From Roseiflexaceae bacterium (GTDB lineage Bacteria; Chloroflexota; Chloroflexia; Chloroflexales; Roseiflexaceae), in NCBI GenBank assembly GCA_035559635.1, contig DATMBA010000428.1:1-44056 (forward strand): DNA of 44,056 bases, in the 5' to 3' direction. The translations under genes were made by a program, and so were the position numbers. Shown here piece after piece: positions 1-11,013 of this stretch (position 1 is its first letter; each line of letters opens with the position of its first letter). The notes beneath the pieces are model-generated. The model made no database searches, was not told the DNA's origin, and saw nothing but the letters and a program-made list of their open reading frames with translations.

Positions 1-1912
1 CGCCCGCCGGCACGCGCGCCTCCGCCCGCCCGGCCGCGTCCGCCGCCACGCGCTCGACAGCCACGCCGCCGGGAGTGTAGCGCACCAGCCGCAGCTCCCA
101 GCGTTGCGGCAGCGCGCCGCGGGTACGCACGAAGCCCTCCGCCCGCCAGCCGCCCTCCCCCTCCTCCGCGCCATCGGCGAAGCCGATCTCCGGCACCCGC
201 ACGTCGTCGATCAGCATGCCCGGCCCGTTGATGGCCGTGTCGCTCACCAGCCAGAAGCGCAGCAGCACTGCCCGCCCTGTGTAGGGCGTGAGGTCCATGC
301 GCTCGTCCACCCACGTGCCGCGCACCCCCTCGCCCAACTCCGCGCCCGGCGCGCCGCTTATGCCGGTGAGGGCGTGGCCCAGGTTCTGGCCCTGCGGGTC
401 GTCGGCGGTGGTAGTGCGGCCGGGGAGCGTCTCCCAGGTAGCCCCGCCATCCGCCGAGACTGTGATGAAGGCGTAATCGAAGTGGCGCTCGATCTCGTGC
501 CATACTCGGAAGTGCAACGTCGCCTGCGCGACGCCGCTGAGGTCCAGTTCACGGGTGAGGGTCATTACGCTCTCGTCGCCGCGGTTGCTCCACCAGGCAT
601 AGTGGCCGCTGGCCGGCGGCGCGCCCACCAGACTCACGCTGTCCGCGCCGTCGAAGGCCAGCGCCAGCGGCCCCTGGAGCGGCCCGAGGTAGTCGGCGCC
701 GAACTGTCTGACGTCGGCGGATGCGCCGCCCGCCTCGGGCGGCGTGGGGACCACGAGGGCGGGCAGCAGCCGGTAGGCGTAGCGCCCGTCGCCCACCGCC
801 GGGTCGTTGAGCAGGTTGGCCACCGCCCAGTCGCCGAACAGCCCGACGAATCCGCCGACGTCCGGCCGGCGCCGCGCGGTGATGGCGGCGAAGGTCTGCG
901 GCAGCGCCTCGGGGGGCGCGGCGGTCAGCTCCCGCAGGCCGGCGTCCCCGGCGTACTGCTCGTGGACGTAGCGCAGGAATAGCCGCGACATGCCGTAGTG
1001 CGCGCCGGTGCTCTCCCAGTCGGTCAGCTGCAGGTCTGGCGCGGCGAGGTAGGCGGAGGCGGTGCCCTGGTTGACGTAGCCGTTCAGGTCCTCGGCCAGC
1101 CCGGCCATGCCCTCGCCCAGCCAGGCCGGGCTGCGGCGCTGAGTGTTCCACCCGATCATGTGCTGGAACTCGTGCGCGAGGGTGGCGTCGTAGCCGGGCG
1201 TGCCGATCGGGAAGGAGTTGAGGCCCATGACGAACATCTCGCGCCGGTTGCTGAAGCGGTTGCCGCCGAGCGCCGCGTCGTCCGAGGAGAAGTAGCCCCC
1301 GGCGCCGCGCAGGTTGGTGTTCAGCACCGTCAGGCGCGGGTCGCCGTCCACGCCGGGCGAGGCCTCGGCGCCGAACAAGGCGCGGGTGCGCGGGTAGATC
1401 GCCTGCTCGAACACGCGCGCCGAGCGCTCGATCGCATCCTGATCGACCGTAAGCTCCGTATCGATATACATCAGCACGATCGGGCCGGCGTAGCGCAGTT
1501 CGGCGTTGACCTGGACGTACGAGCCGCTGACCCTGTCCAGCACCCAGAACTGGGCGACGTCGCCGACGGCGGCCGGCGCGCTGGCCGTGGGGGCGGCGAG
1601 GTCCGCCGGTACACGCCGGAAGGCCGCCGCGAGCGCGGCCTGATCCCGGGGCGCTGGCACGGCTCCTGCAAAATACTGCGGGTCATCATGTGGTAGTTCG
1701 GCGGCGCTTGTGAGGGGCGCCGGAGCAGGATCGACGGGCGTGGGCGAAGGAGCGACGGCGGTGGGTGCGACGGGAGATGCTGGCCGAGGGGGCGTGGCCG
1801 TGGGGGCGGCGGCAGTCGGCGTGGGCGGCACGGCGCTGCCGCCGGCTGGCTGTGGCCGGACGCAGGCGCCGAGGGCGAAGGCCGCGGCCAGAACGAGCAG
1901 ACCCCGTAGCAC
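1..1912 (-). CDS. Zinc metallopeptidase lipoprotein (HExxH; M6/immune-inhibitor-A-like), C-terminal end lies beyond window start
   Basis: Continuous minus-strand frame with no in-window stop, so it is absent from the ORF track. GTG at 1912-1910 lies 8 nt after AGGAGG. N-terminus VLRGLLVLAAAFALGAC is a lipobox signal. HEFQH is encoded at 1174-1160. The C-terminal part (FDYAFITVSADGGATWETL ... LLRFWLVSD) resembles a protease-associated beta-sandwich. Listed ORFs 104..982(+) and 549..1151(-) are Arg/Ala-rich shadows. Confidence 0.75.
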   Translation of the reverse strand, partial: MLRGLLVLAAAFALGACVRPQPAGGSAVPPTPTAAAPTATPPRPASPVAPTAVAPSPTPVDPAPAPLTSAAELPHDDPQYFAGAVPAPRDQAALAAAFRRVPADLAAPTASAPAAVGDVAQFWVLDRVSGSYVQVNAELRYAGPIVLMYIDTELTVDQDAIERSARVFEQAIYPRTRALFGAEASPGVDGDPRLTVLNTNLRGAGGYFSSDDAALGGNRFSNRREMFVMGLNSFPIGTPGYDATLAHEFQHMIGWNTQRRSPAWLGEGMAGLAEDLNGYVNQGTASAYLAAPDLQLTDWESTGAHYGMSRLFLRYVHEQYAGDAGLRELTAAPPEALPQTFAAITARRRPDVGGFVGLFGDWAVANLLNDPAVGDGRYAYRLLPALVVPTPPEAGGASADVRQFGADYLGPLQGPLALAFDGADSVSLVGAPPASGHYAWWSNRGDESVMTLTRELDLSGVAQATLHFRVWHEIERHFDYAFITVSADGGATWETLPGRTTTADDPQGQNLGHALTGISGAPGAELGEGVRGTWVDERMDLTPYTGRAVLLRFWLVSDTAINGPGMLIDDVRVPEIGFADGAEEGEGGWRAEGFVRTRGALPQRWELRLVRYTPGGVAVERVAADAAGRAEARVPAG

Positions 1913-2292
1913 GTCAAGCGCCTCCTGTCGTCCTTCCCGCGGCCTAGGAACCCAGGCCCCTGCGCCGCGCCCGGCCATTATAGCCGAAGGGGCGGCGCCC
2001 GTAACCGAAAAGCGGGCCATGTTCGTTTTATCCATGAGCGGGCCGCGCCGTCCCGCCGGTCGTTAGTACCTGTGGCGAGATCGCGGCGGGAACAACGACA
2101 TGTTGTCACACCACGGCGCGCTGCGATACTGTTTGAGAAGTGGCGCGCACGGAGCAGTTCCGCGGTGCGCACATGCGCAGCAAGGCGGTGTGGGGGCGTA
2201 GCCCCCACGAAAACAGTTCTCCCATGTTGGCAATCCGGCAGGATAGCTCGATGCGCGCAGCGCATCAGACGTGTTCGACGGAGGCAGAGCTA

Positions 2293-2549
2293 TGGTAGTG
2301 ATGATCGTCCAGTTGGCGATTGTGGGGCTGTGGGGCTGCATTCTGATCACCCACACTCGCCGTCTGCTGCGCCTGGCGCAGGTGCAGGTGCCGCACCTCT
2401 GGAGCGCTCCGAGCCGGCGCACCAAGCTCGCGCGGCTCTGGTTCTGGCTGGGCCGCGAGGAATTCTGGCGCGCCGTGCAGGCCGACGGGCTGCGCTGCAC
2501 CCAGCTGACGCTCATGGTCTTCCTGATGGCTTGGGGGCTGCTGTCCTGA
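2293..2549 (+). CDS. Small hypothetical membrane protein
   Basis: ATG 2293 lies 7 nt after GGAGG, inside listed ORF 2271..2549. Hydrophobic N-terminus MVVMIVQLAIVGLWGCILI and hydrophobic C-terminus. No recognisable domain. Confidence 0.35.
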
Positions 2550-2644
2550 TCCGGTCATAGGCGATAGGCCATAGAGGGTGCTGAAGCCTCAGTCCTATCA
2601 CCTGTGTCCCATTGCGCGCATCAGCCGCGCAGGCCCGCCGCACC

Positions 2645-3010
2645 ATGAACGTTCGCTGGATGGCCGTGCTCACCGGCTTCGCCGTACACGCGCTGGTGAC
2701 GACCCTGGCGGGCGTGATCGCCGGCCCCTCCGTCGACTCGCTCCTCGCCGCCCCGGACCCCGCCCGTCCCGACCACCTGCTGCTCCTCGCCGCGAGCGTG
2801 CTCTCCACCGGTCTTGGCGGCTACGTCGCCGCACGGATGGCCATGCTCCGCCCCGCCCTGCACGGGCTGCTGGTGGGGGTGCTGAACGTGCTGCTGGCGC
2901 AGCTCGCCGCTTTGAGCGGCGCCGGGACGCCCCCCGCCCTCGTGCTGGCCGGCGCGCTCAGCTGCCTGGCCGGGGCGCTCGGGGGGCTGCTGGCCCGATC
3001 CAGGCGATAG
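2645..3010 (+). CDS. Hypothetical multi-pass membrane protein
   Basis: In-frame ATG 2645 of ORF 2612..3010. About four hydrophobic Gly/Ala/Leu-rich segments. Codon usage fits the GC-rich genome. Start codon uncertain. Confidence 0.5.
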   Translation: MNVRWMAVLTGFAVHALVTTLAGVIAGPSVDSLLAAPDPARPDHLLLLAASVLSTGLGGYVAARMAMLRPALHGLLVGVLNVLLAQLAALSGAGTPPALVLAGALSCLAGALGGLLARSRR

Positions 3011-3092
3011 GTGATAAGCGTAGCTCCTATTCCTATCACCCATCGCCTATCACCTCATCGCCTATCGCCTCATCGCCTGATAGCCCCTATGC
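3001..3092. repeat. Heptamer/octamer tandem array (CCTATCA/CCCATCG/CCTATCG/CCTCATCG words) preceded by an inverted partner (GGCGATAGGTGATA)
   Basis: Direct reading of 3001-3092, in the intergenic region just upstream of lon. A TATAAT hexamer follows at 3093-3098. Confidence 0.7.
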
Positions 3093-3139
3093 TATAATCC
3101 TCCCACTTCCACGGTTTCCACACTGATGCAGGTACCACC

Positions 3140-5620
<2,481 letters not shown>

Positions 5621-5632
<12 letters not shown>

Positions 5633-5687
5633 AGATTGCAGATTGCAGATTACAGGTGAGCTTGAACCTCACCTGTAATCTGCAATC
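5621..5687. terminator. Bidirectional terminator hairpin built from heptamer repeats
   Basis: ATTGAAG ATTGAAG ATTGCAG ATTGCAG ATTACAG runs from 5621. A perfect 20-bp stem pairs 5641-5660 with 5668-5687, with a 7-nt loop. It lies between convergent lon (stop 5630-5632) and the SH3 gene (stop 5686-5688). Confidence 0.8.
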
Positions 5688-6321
5688 ACTGGACGGGCTT
5701 GAGAAACTCCGCTGCAGCCCAGCCCTCGGCGCCGGATGCGTCGCGGACGCGCAGCCAGCTGCGGCCCTCGGCGGAGGTCGGCCCCTCGAGCACAGTGACG
5801 ACCGTGTCGTCCGGCAGGGTCTTGATCGGCTGGTTGTTGGTGCTCGGCGCCGGGCGCAGGAACAGGCCGAGCCCCTCGGTGCCGGTGACGCGCAGCTGCT
5901 GGCCGGCGGCGCTGGTGGGCGCGGCGGTGGGCGCGGGTGTGGCCGCCGACGGCGTCACCGTGGAGACCACCGGCAGGGTCGGCGCGGCCACCGGCTGCTC
6001 GACGGCAGGCTCCTCGCCGCCGAGCGGCAGGGGCGCGGGTGGCTGGCTCAGGATGTAGAGCGCGGCCGCGACCATGAGGATGGCGGCCGCCGCCAGCAGG
6101 AAGCGCCAGCCGCCGTACTGCAGCCAGAGCGCGAACTCCTGGCGCGAGAAGGGCATCGAGCGCGCGCCGCGCCCGCGCGCGCCGGGCCGATCGCTGCGCC
6201 AGTTCGGGTTGACCGGGTCGCCGTAGGCGCCGCCCTGGCCGAGCCGGTCCGTGGACGGCTGGTCGCGGCGCATCGTGCGCGTCGCCCGTGGGTCGGGCGG
6301 GGTCTGATCATCGTGCGCCAT
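5686..6321 (-). CDS. Membrane-anchored SH3b-domain protein
   Basis: ATG 6321-6319 lies 7 nt after AAGGAG (in-frame internal start of ORF 5686..6372). One TM segment (WRFLLAAAAILMVAAALYIL), an Ala/Pro/Thr linker, and a C-terminal SH3-like segment LRVTGTEGLGLFLRPAP...DDTVVTVLEGP...WLRVRD..GAEGWAAAEFL. Confidence 0.8.
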   Translation of the reverse strand: MAHDDQTPPDPRATRTMRRDQPSTDRLGQGGAYGDPVNPNWRSDRPGARGRGARSMPFSRQEFALWLQYGGWRFLLAAAAILMVAAALYILSQPPAPLPLGGEEPAVEQPVAAPTLPVVSTVTPSAATPAPTAAPTSAAGQQLRVTGTEGLGLFLRPAPSTNNQPIKTLPDDTVVTVLEGPTSAEGRSWLRVRDASGAEGWAAAEFLKPVQ

Positions 6322-6411
6322 CGCTTCGCTCCTTTCGCGCCGTGCTGCCCAGGCGGGAGCCTCCCTGCGCATATGGTAGCACGCTGGCGCGTTCTTTTCA
6401 ACACAAGTGTG

Positions 6412-7386
6412 TTACAGCCGCTCGCCGCGCACGCGCTCGCGCCAGTAGTCCAGCAACTCGTCCACGATCTGCGCCATGCCGACGCGCGGCGCCCAGCCGG
6501 TATCCCGCCGCAGCAGCGTGTTGTCCCCCAGCAGAATCGGCTCGTCCAGCGGCCGCAGGCGGGCCGGGTCCACGCGGACCTCGGCCGGGGCGCGGCCACG
6601 GGCGCGCACCATCTCGACGATGTCGCCGATGCGGGTGGCCTCGCCGGAGCAGAGGTTGTAGACCGCGCCGGGGCGCCCACGCTGCAGCAGGAGCCAGAGG
6701 GCGCGCGCCACATCGTTCACGTGGCTGAAGTCCCGCCGCGCCTCCAGGTTGCCCACCAGCAGCACCGGCGGCTGCAGGCCGGCCTCGACGAGCGCCATCT
6801 GGCGGCAGAACGTCTGGATGGAGCAGCGGTCCCCCTGGCGCGGGCCAACGTGGTTGAACGAGCGGGTGACCACCACGTGCAGCCCGTAGCTGTCGTGGTA
6901 CTGCAGGCCGAGCAACTCCTGGGCCACCTTGCTCACCCCGTAGGGCGAGGCCGGGCGCAGCGGGTGGGTCTCTGCGATCGGCACCTCCTCGGGGCCGACC
7001 ACGCCGTACTCGGCGCTGGAGCCGGCGATATGGACGCGCGCGCGCGGGGCGTGGGCGCGCACCGCCTCCAGCAGGTTGACGGTGCCCTCGACGTTCACAC
7101 GCAGCGTGGCGACCGGCGCGTCCCACGAGGCGGAGGGGTAGCTCTGCGCCGCCAGGTGGTAGACCAGGTCCGGCGCGGCGGCACGCACCGCCGCGGCCAC
7201 CGCGAACGGGTCCTCGATGTCGCCCTCGTGGATCGTGACGCGCCCGAACAGATGCTGGATCGGCCGTGGGTCGCTGCGCCAGCGCTTGAAGGCGTGCAAC
7301 TCTACGTCCGGCAGCGTCAGGAGCTCGTCCGCCAGGGCGCTGCCGACCGGCCCGGTGACGCCGGTGATCAGAATGCGAGTTGGCAT
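6412..7386 (-). CDS. NAD-dependent epimerase/dehydratase, extended SDR (GDP-sugar dehydratase/reductase-like)
   Basis: True start MPTRILITGVTGPVGS (Rossmann GxxGxxG) at ATG 7386-7384, after AAGGA. Catalytic YxxxK (PYGVSK). The listed 426-aa ORF over-extends upstream across a repeat region. Confidence 0.9.
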   Translation of the reverse strand: MPTRILITGVTGPVGSALADELLTLPDVELHAFKRWRSDPRPIQHLFGRVTIHEGDIEDPFAVAAAVRAAAPDLVYHLAAQSYPSASWDAPVATLRVNVEGTVNLLEAVRAHAPRARVHIAGSSAEYGVVGPEEVPIAETHPLRPASPYGVSKVAQELLGLQYHDSYGLHVVVTRSFNHVGPRQGDRCSIQTFCRQMALVEAGLQPPVLLVGNLEARRDFSHVNDVARALWLLLQRGRPGAVYNLCSGEATRIGDIVEMVRARGRAPAEVRVDPARLRPLDEPILLGDNTLLRRDTGWAPRVGMAQIVDELLDYWRERVRGERL

Positions 7387-7420
7387 GGATATCCTTCGGT
7401 GGAAACGGGGGTGGATTGCA

Positions 7421-7545
7421 GGGCGGGCGATGCGCTCCTGACCCTCCCACGCGGGAACGGGTTGGTTCGAGGGCGGGCGATGCGCTCCTGACCCTCCTAC
7501 GCGGGAACGGGTTGGTTCGAGGGCGGGCGATGCCCTCCCTGACCT
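7421..7545. repeat. 50-bp tandem repeat, about 2.5 copies
   Basis: The unit GGGCGGGCGATGCGCTCCTGACCCTCC(C/T)ACGCGGGAACGGGTTGGTTCGA starts at 7421 and 7471. A partial, diverged third copy starts at 7521. It sits in the divergent intergenic region upstream of the epimerase gene. Confidence 0.9.
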
Positions 7546-7758
7546 CTCGTATATAGTAGCCGACGGGCGGCATGTGCGCAACCAGGCCCGGGCGGCCGTT
7601 ATGGGCCGAGATACGCGGGATGATTGCAGAATCGCCGCGGATCTTCTACAGCGCCCCTGTTGCCTCGGCCTCGCCAACGCCCTATAATACACACGAGCTA
7701 TGCCCGGCGGCGCCCTCGAACCCCCATGGCGCGTCTCCGGCTCCGTATCTTTAGTGGT

Positions 7759-7853
7759 GCATCCGGTACGTCCCTTGACAGAAGGGGGAGGGCGAAGCCC
7801 TCCCGCACACCCACCCCTTCCGGCAGGTGTGTGTCAACACACGTGCCGGATGC
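7759..7853. repeat. About 95-bp imperfect palindromic element with GGAGGGCGAAGCCCTCC core
   Basis: Outer arms GCATCCGGTACG (7759-7770) and CGTGCCGGATGC (7842-7853) pair 11/12. The core hairpin is at 7787-7803. The same core recurs at about 13203-13219 and, inverted, at about 13439-13455. Confidence 0.65.
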
Positions 7854-7961
7854 ATCAGTTAGTCGTACGCTGGCAGTTATCTCTAGTTTGGTGGGGCCCG
7901 GTACCCCAACCCCGCTCTGATATCGGTTACGGATGGCGCGGCACTCCTCCGGAGGATCTCG

Positions 7962-9941
7962 ATGGCTTTGATCAAAAAGGCGGGCACGACGAAAGGGATC
8001 GGCGCCCAGCGCTCCCCCGGCGACGAGGCCGACCCGCAGGGCACCGCCACGCCTGGCGCGCAGCGGGCGGTGGCGCCGGTGATGCAGCCGGGCGTCGTGC
8101 TGCAGGAGCGCTACGCCATTGAAGGGACGCTAGGCATCGGCGGCATGAGCGTGGTGTACCGCGGGCGGGATCTGCGCTTCAAGGACGTGGTGCGGCTGTG
8201 TGCGGTGAAGGAGATGTACCAGAGCGCGCCGGACTCGGACACCCGCCTGCTGAACCTGAAGAACTTCGAGCGCGAGGCCGGCCTGCTCGCGACGCTGCAC
8301 CACCCGGCCATCCCAAAGGTGTACGACTTCTTCGAGGAGAACGGCCGGATCTACGTCATCCTCGAGTTGATCCCCGGCAAGGACCTGGAGACGGTGCTGG
8401 ACGAGGCCGGCGGGCCGCTGCCGGAGGAGCGGGTGGCCCGCTGGGCGGTGCAGCTGTGCGAGGTGCTCTCCTACCTGCACAGCCAGCGGCCGGAACCGAT
8501 CGTCTTCCGCGATATGAAGCCCTCGAACGTGATGGTCACGCCCGATGAGCGCATCGTCCTGATCGACTTCGGCATCGCGCGCAACCTGACGCGCGCCGAC
8601 CGCAAGGGGACGATCATCGGCACCGAGGGCTACTCGCCGCCCGAGCAGTACCGCGGCGTGGCCGAGCCGCAGGGGGACCTGTACGCTCTCGGGGCGACGC
8701 TGCATCACCTGCTGACCGGCAGCGACCCGCGGCTGGAGACGCCGTTCACCTTCCACGAGCGCCCGCTGCGCCAGCTCAACCCGGCCGTCTCGCCTGAGCT
8801 CGAGGCGGTGATCGCGAAGCTGCTCGAGTACGACATGACGAAGCGCTGGGGCTCGGCGGCCGAGGTGCGCGAGGCGCTGCTGCGCACGCCGACGCTGGCT
8901 GGCGATACGCCGGCGTCATCCGGCCCCGCCCGCGTCCCCGCGGCCTCCCCCGCCGCTGGCCGTGCACCCGCGCGGGCCAGCGGCACCGAACTGGTGTGGC
9001 GCTTCAAATGTGAGGACGAGGTGCGCTCCTCGCCGTGCGTGGCCGGCGGCACACTGTTCGTCGGCTGCTACGACACGAACCTCTACGCGCTGGACGCCCT
9101 GCGTGGCGAGTTCCGCTGGAAGCACGCCACCGAGGGCGGCATCTCCTCCTCGCCCGCCAGCTGGCACGACCTGGTGATCGTCGGCTCGGAGGACGGCGCG
9201 CTCTACGCGCTGGACCAGCGGCGCGGGTCGCTGCGCTGGTCGTTCCGCACTGGCAAGCCGGTGCGCTCGTCGCCGCGCGTCGAGGAGCGCGTGATCTTCT
9301 TCGGCTCGGATGACCAGCACCTGTACGCGCTGGACGGACTGCGCGGCACGCAGATCTGGAAGTACCGCACCTGGATGCCCATCCGCTCCTCGGTGTGCAT
9401 CGCCAGCGAGACGGCCTACTTCGGCGGGGGGGACGGCTACGTCTACGCGCTGAACATCAAGAACGGCGGCATCCGCTGGAAGCAGCGCACGCAGCAACCG
9501 GTGATCTCCTCGCCCGCCTACCAGGATGGCGTGGTGTACGTCGGCTCGATGGACAACTTCCTCTACGCGCTGGATGCCGAGGGTGGTTTCCCGGTGTGGA
9601 AGTTCCGCACCAACCACTACGTCAACTCCTCGCCCTGTGTGGCCGGCGGGCGCGTGTACGTGGGCAGCGTGGACGGCTGCATGTACGCCCTGGAGACGAA
9701 GAACGGCCGGCTGGCATGGAAGTACGAGACCGGCAGCCAGATCACCTCGTCGCCGCGGGTGGACGGCGGGCGGGTGTACTTCGGCGCGGTGGACGGCTTC
9801 GTCTACTGCCTGGACGCCGGCACCGGCGCGCTCGTCTGGAAGCACCAGACCGAGGCGCCGGTGGTGTCCTCACCGGCGGTGGTGGATGGGGTGGTATACA
9901 TCGGCTCGATGGACCACCACGTGTACGCGCTGCGTGCGTAA
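7962..9941 (+). CDS. Ser/Thr protein kinase with C-terminal PQQ-like beta-propeller repeats
   Basis: ATG 7962 lies after GGAGGA. Hanks kinase motifs are present (VKEM lysine context, FRDMKPSN, IDFGIA, GTEGYSPPE). A Pro/Ala linker follows, then eight or more repeats of about 40 aa with a recurring (L/V)YALD motif. Confidence 0.95.
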   Translation: MALIKKAGTTKGIGAQRSPGDEADPQGTATPGAQRAVAPVMQPGVVLQERYAIEGTLGIGGMSVVYRGRDLRFKDVVRLCAVKEMYQSAPDSDTRLLNLKNFEREAGLLATLHHPAIPKVYDFFEENGRIYVILELIPGKDLETVLDEAGGPLPEERVARWAVQLCEVLSYLHSQRPEPIVFRDMKPSNVMVTPDERIVLIDFGIARNLTRADRKGTIIGTEGYSPPEQYRGVAEPQGDLYALGATLHHLLTGSDPRLETPFTFHERPLRQLNPAVSPELEAVIAKLLEYDMTKRWGSAAEVREALLRTPTLAGDTPASSGPARVPAASPAAGRAPARASGTELVWRFKCEDEVRSSPCVAGGTLFVGCYDTNLYALDALRGEFRWKHATEGGISSSPASWHDLVIVGSEDGALYALDQRRGSLRWSFRTGKPVRSSPRVEERVIFFGSDDQHLYALDGLRGTQIWKYRTWMPIRSSVCIASETAYFGGGDGYVYALNIKNGGIRWKQRTQQPVISSPAYQDGVVYVGSMDNFLYALDAEGGFPVWKFRTNHYVNSSPCVAGGRVYVGSVDGCMYALETKNGRLAWKYETGSQITSSPRVDGGRVYFGAVDGFVYCLDAGTGALVWKHQTEAPVVSSPAVVDGVVYIGSMDHHVYALRA

Positions 9942-9951
9942 CCAGGGCCGA

Positions 9952-10007
9952 GTGCTGCGTGCTGAGTTGAATGGGCCACGCTGACACAGCACGCAGCACG
10001 CAGCACG
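9952..10007. repeat. Inverted heptamer arrays (GTGCTGC GTGCTG ... CAGCACG x3)
   Basis: 9952-9964 is the reverse complement of part of 9987-10007. It lies in the intergenic region between the kinase and phosphatase genes. Confidence 0.7.
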
Positions 10008-10019
10008 TGAGAGAGGCCG

Positions 10020-10934
10020 ATGCAGGAACCACACGACTCCGCCGCATCGCACGAGCCAGGGACGCGGCCGCTGCGCGAGCCTGAGCCGGCTGACCCGACG
10101 GGCGACGCGCCGGGCACAAAGCCGCTCGCGCGCGCCGGCGCGCGGGATGCGGGTGGCGGGCGCGGGCAGTTGGTGGCCGCGGCGCTCCGCGACATCGGCC
10201 GGGTGCGGCAGGTGAACCAGGACCACGTCTTCGCGCTGACCGCCACGCTGCCGCGTGAGGGCGGCGACCTGCAGATGGGGCTGTTCATCGTGGCTGACGG
10301 CATGGGTGGGCACGAGGGCGGCGAGGTGGCGAGCCGTATGGCGATCAGCGCCGCCGTGCGGCACGTTCTGGCCGAACTGCTCGTGCCGGCGCTGGACGAG
10401 TCGGTGAGCGCCGCCATCCGCCCCATGATCGTGGCGGCGATCCAGGAGGCGAACCGTGCCATCTGGGAGCACGCCCGCGCCATCGGCTCCGACATGGGCA
10501 CCACCTGCACGCTGGCGCTGCTGCTGGGCCATACCCTCCACCTGGGGCACGTGGGCGACACGCGCGCCTACCTGGTGTCGCCGCGGGAGATTCGGCGGCT
10601 GACGGAGGACCACTCGGCGGTGAGCCGGCTGATCGAGTTGGGGCAGCTCGATGCGGCGGACGCGCGTGAGCACCCGATGCGCTCGCAGCTCTACCGCACG
10701 GTGGGCCAGCAGCCGGAGGTGGCGGTGGACGTTGTGACCGCGCCGCAGGGAGATGCCACGCACCTGCTGCTGGCGAGCGACGGCCTGTGGAGCCTGGTGG
10801 ACGACGAGAGCATGCGCGCGGTGGTTATAGGCGCAGCGACGCCGCAGGCGGCCTGCGAGGAGCTCGTGGCGCGCGCGAACGCCGCCGGCGGGGACGATAA
10901 TATCTCGGCTGTGGTGGTGCACATGTCCTCATAA
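10020..10934 (+). CDS. PP2C-family (PPM) Ser/Thr protein phosphatase
   Basis: Motifs RQVNQDH, VADGMGGHEGGEVAS, LLASDGLW and GGDDNISAVVV. Confidence 0.93.
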   Translation: MQEPHDSAASHEPGTRPLREPEPADPTGDAPGTKPLARAGARDAGGGRGQLVAAALRDIGRVRQVNQDHVFALTATLPREGGDLQMGLFIVADGMGGHEGGEVASRMAISAAVRHVLAELLVPALDESVSAAIRPMIVAAIQEANRAIWEHARAIGSDMGTTCTLALLLGHTLHLGHVGDTRAYLVSPREIRRLTEDHSAVSRLIELGQLDAADAREHPMRSQLYRTVGQQPEVAVDVVTAPQGDATHLLLASDGLWSLVDDESMRAVVIGAATPQAACEELVARANAAGGDDNISAVVVHMSS

Positions 10935-10943
10935 TGTGAAGAC

Positions 10944-10982
10944 GAGGGTTTCAGGGAGGACTATGCCCTCCCTGAAACCCTC
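10944..10982. terminator. Strong hairpin between phosphatase and vWA genes (terminator/attenuator candidate)
   Basis: A perfect 16-bp stem pairs GAGGGTTTCAGGGAGG (10944-10959) with CCTCCCTGAAACCCTC (10967-10982), with a 7-nt loop. There is no clear U-tract. Confidence 0.55.
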
Positions 10983-11013
10983 CGACATTTCCTCTGGATG
11001 ATATGAGGTTGCT

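Noticed and set aside
104-982. 292-aa plus-strand ORF and 200-aa minus-strand ORF (549..1151) at the left edge.
   Set aside because: Both are Arg/Ala-rich. A third, unlisted minus-strand frame is open from 1912 to the window edge and encodes a lipobox, an HExxH motif and a well-balanced sequence.
3093-3098. TATAAT hexamer as the lon promoter -10 box.
   Set aside because: No acceptable -35 element lies at 16-18 nt spacing, and the hexamer sits inside or adjacent to the repeat array. It is left uncalled.
7421-7545. Possible CRISPR array (regular direct repeats).
   Set aside because: The repeats are directly tandem with no unique spacers, only ~2.5 copies, and no cas genes nearby.
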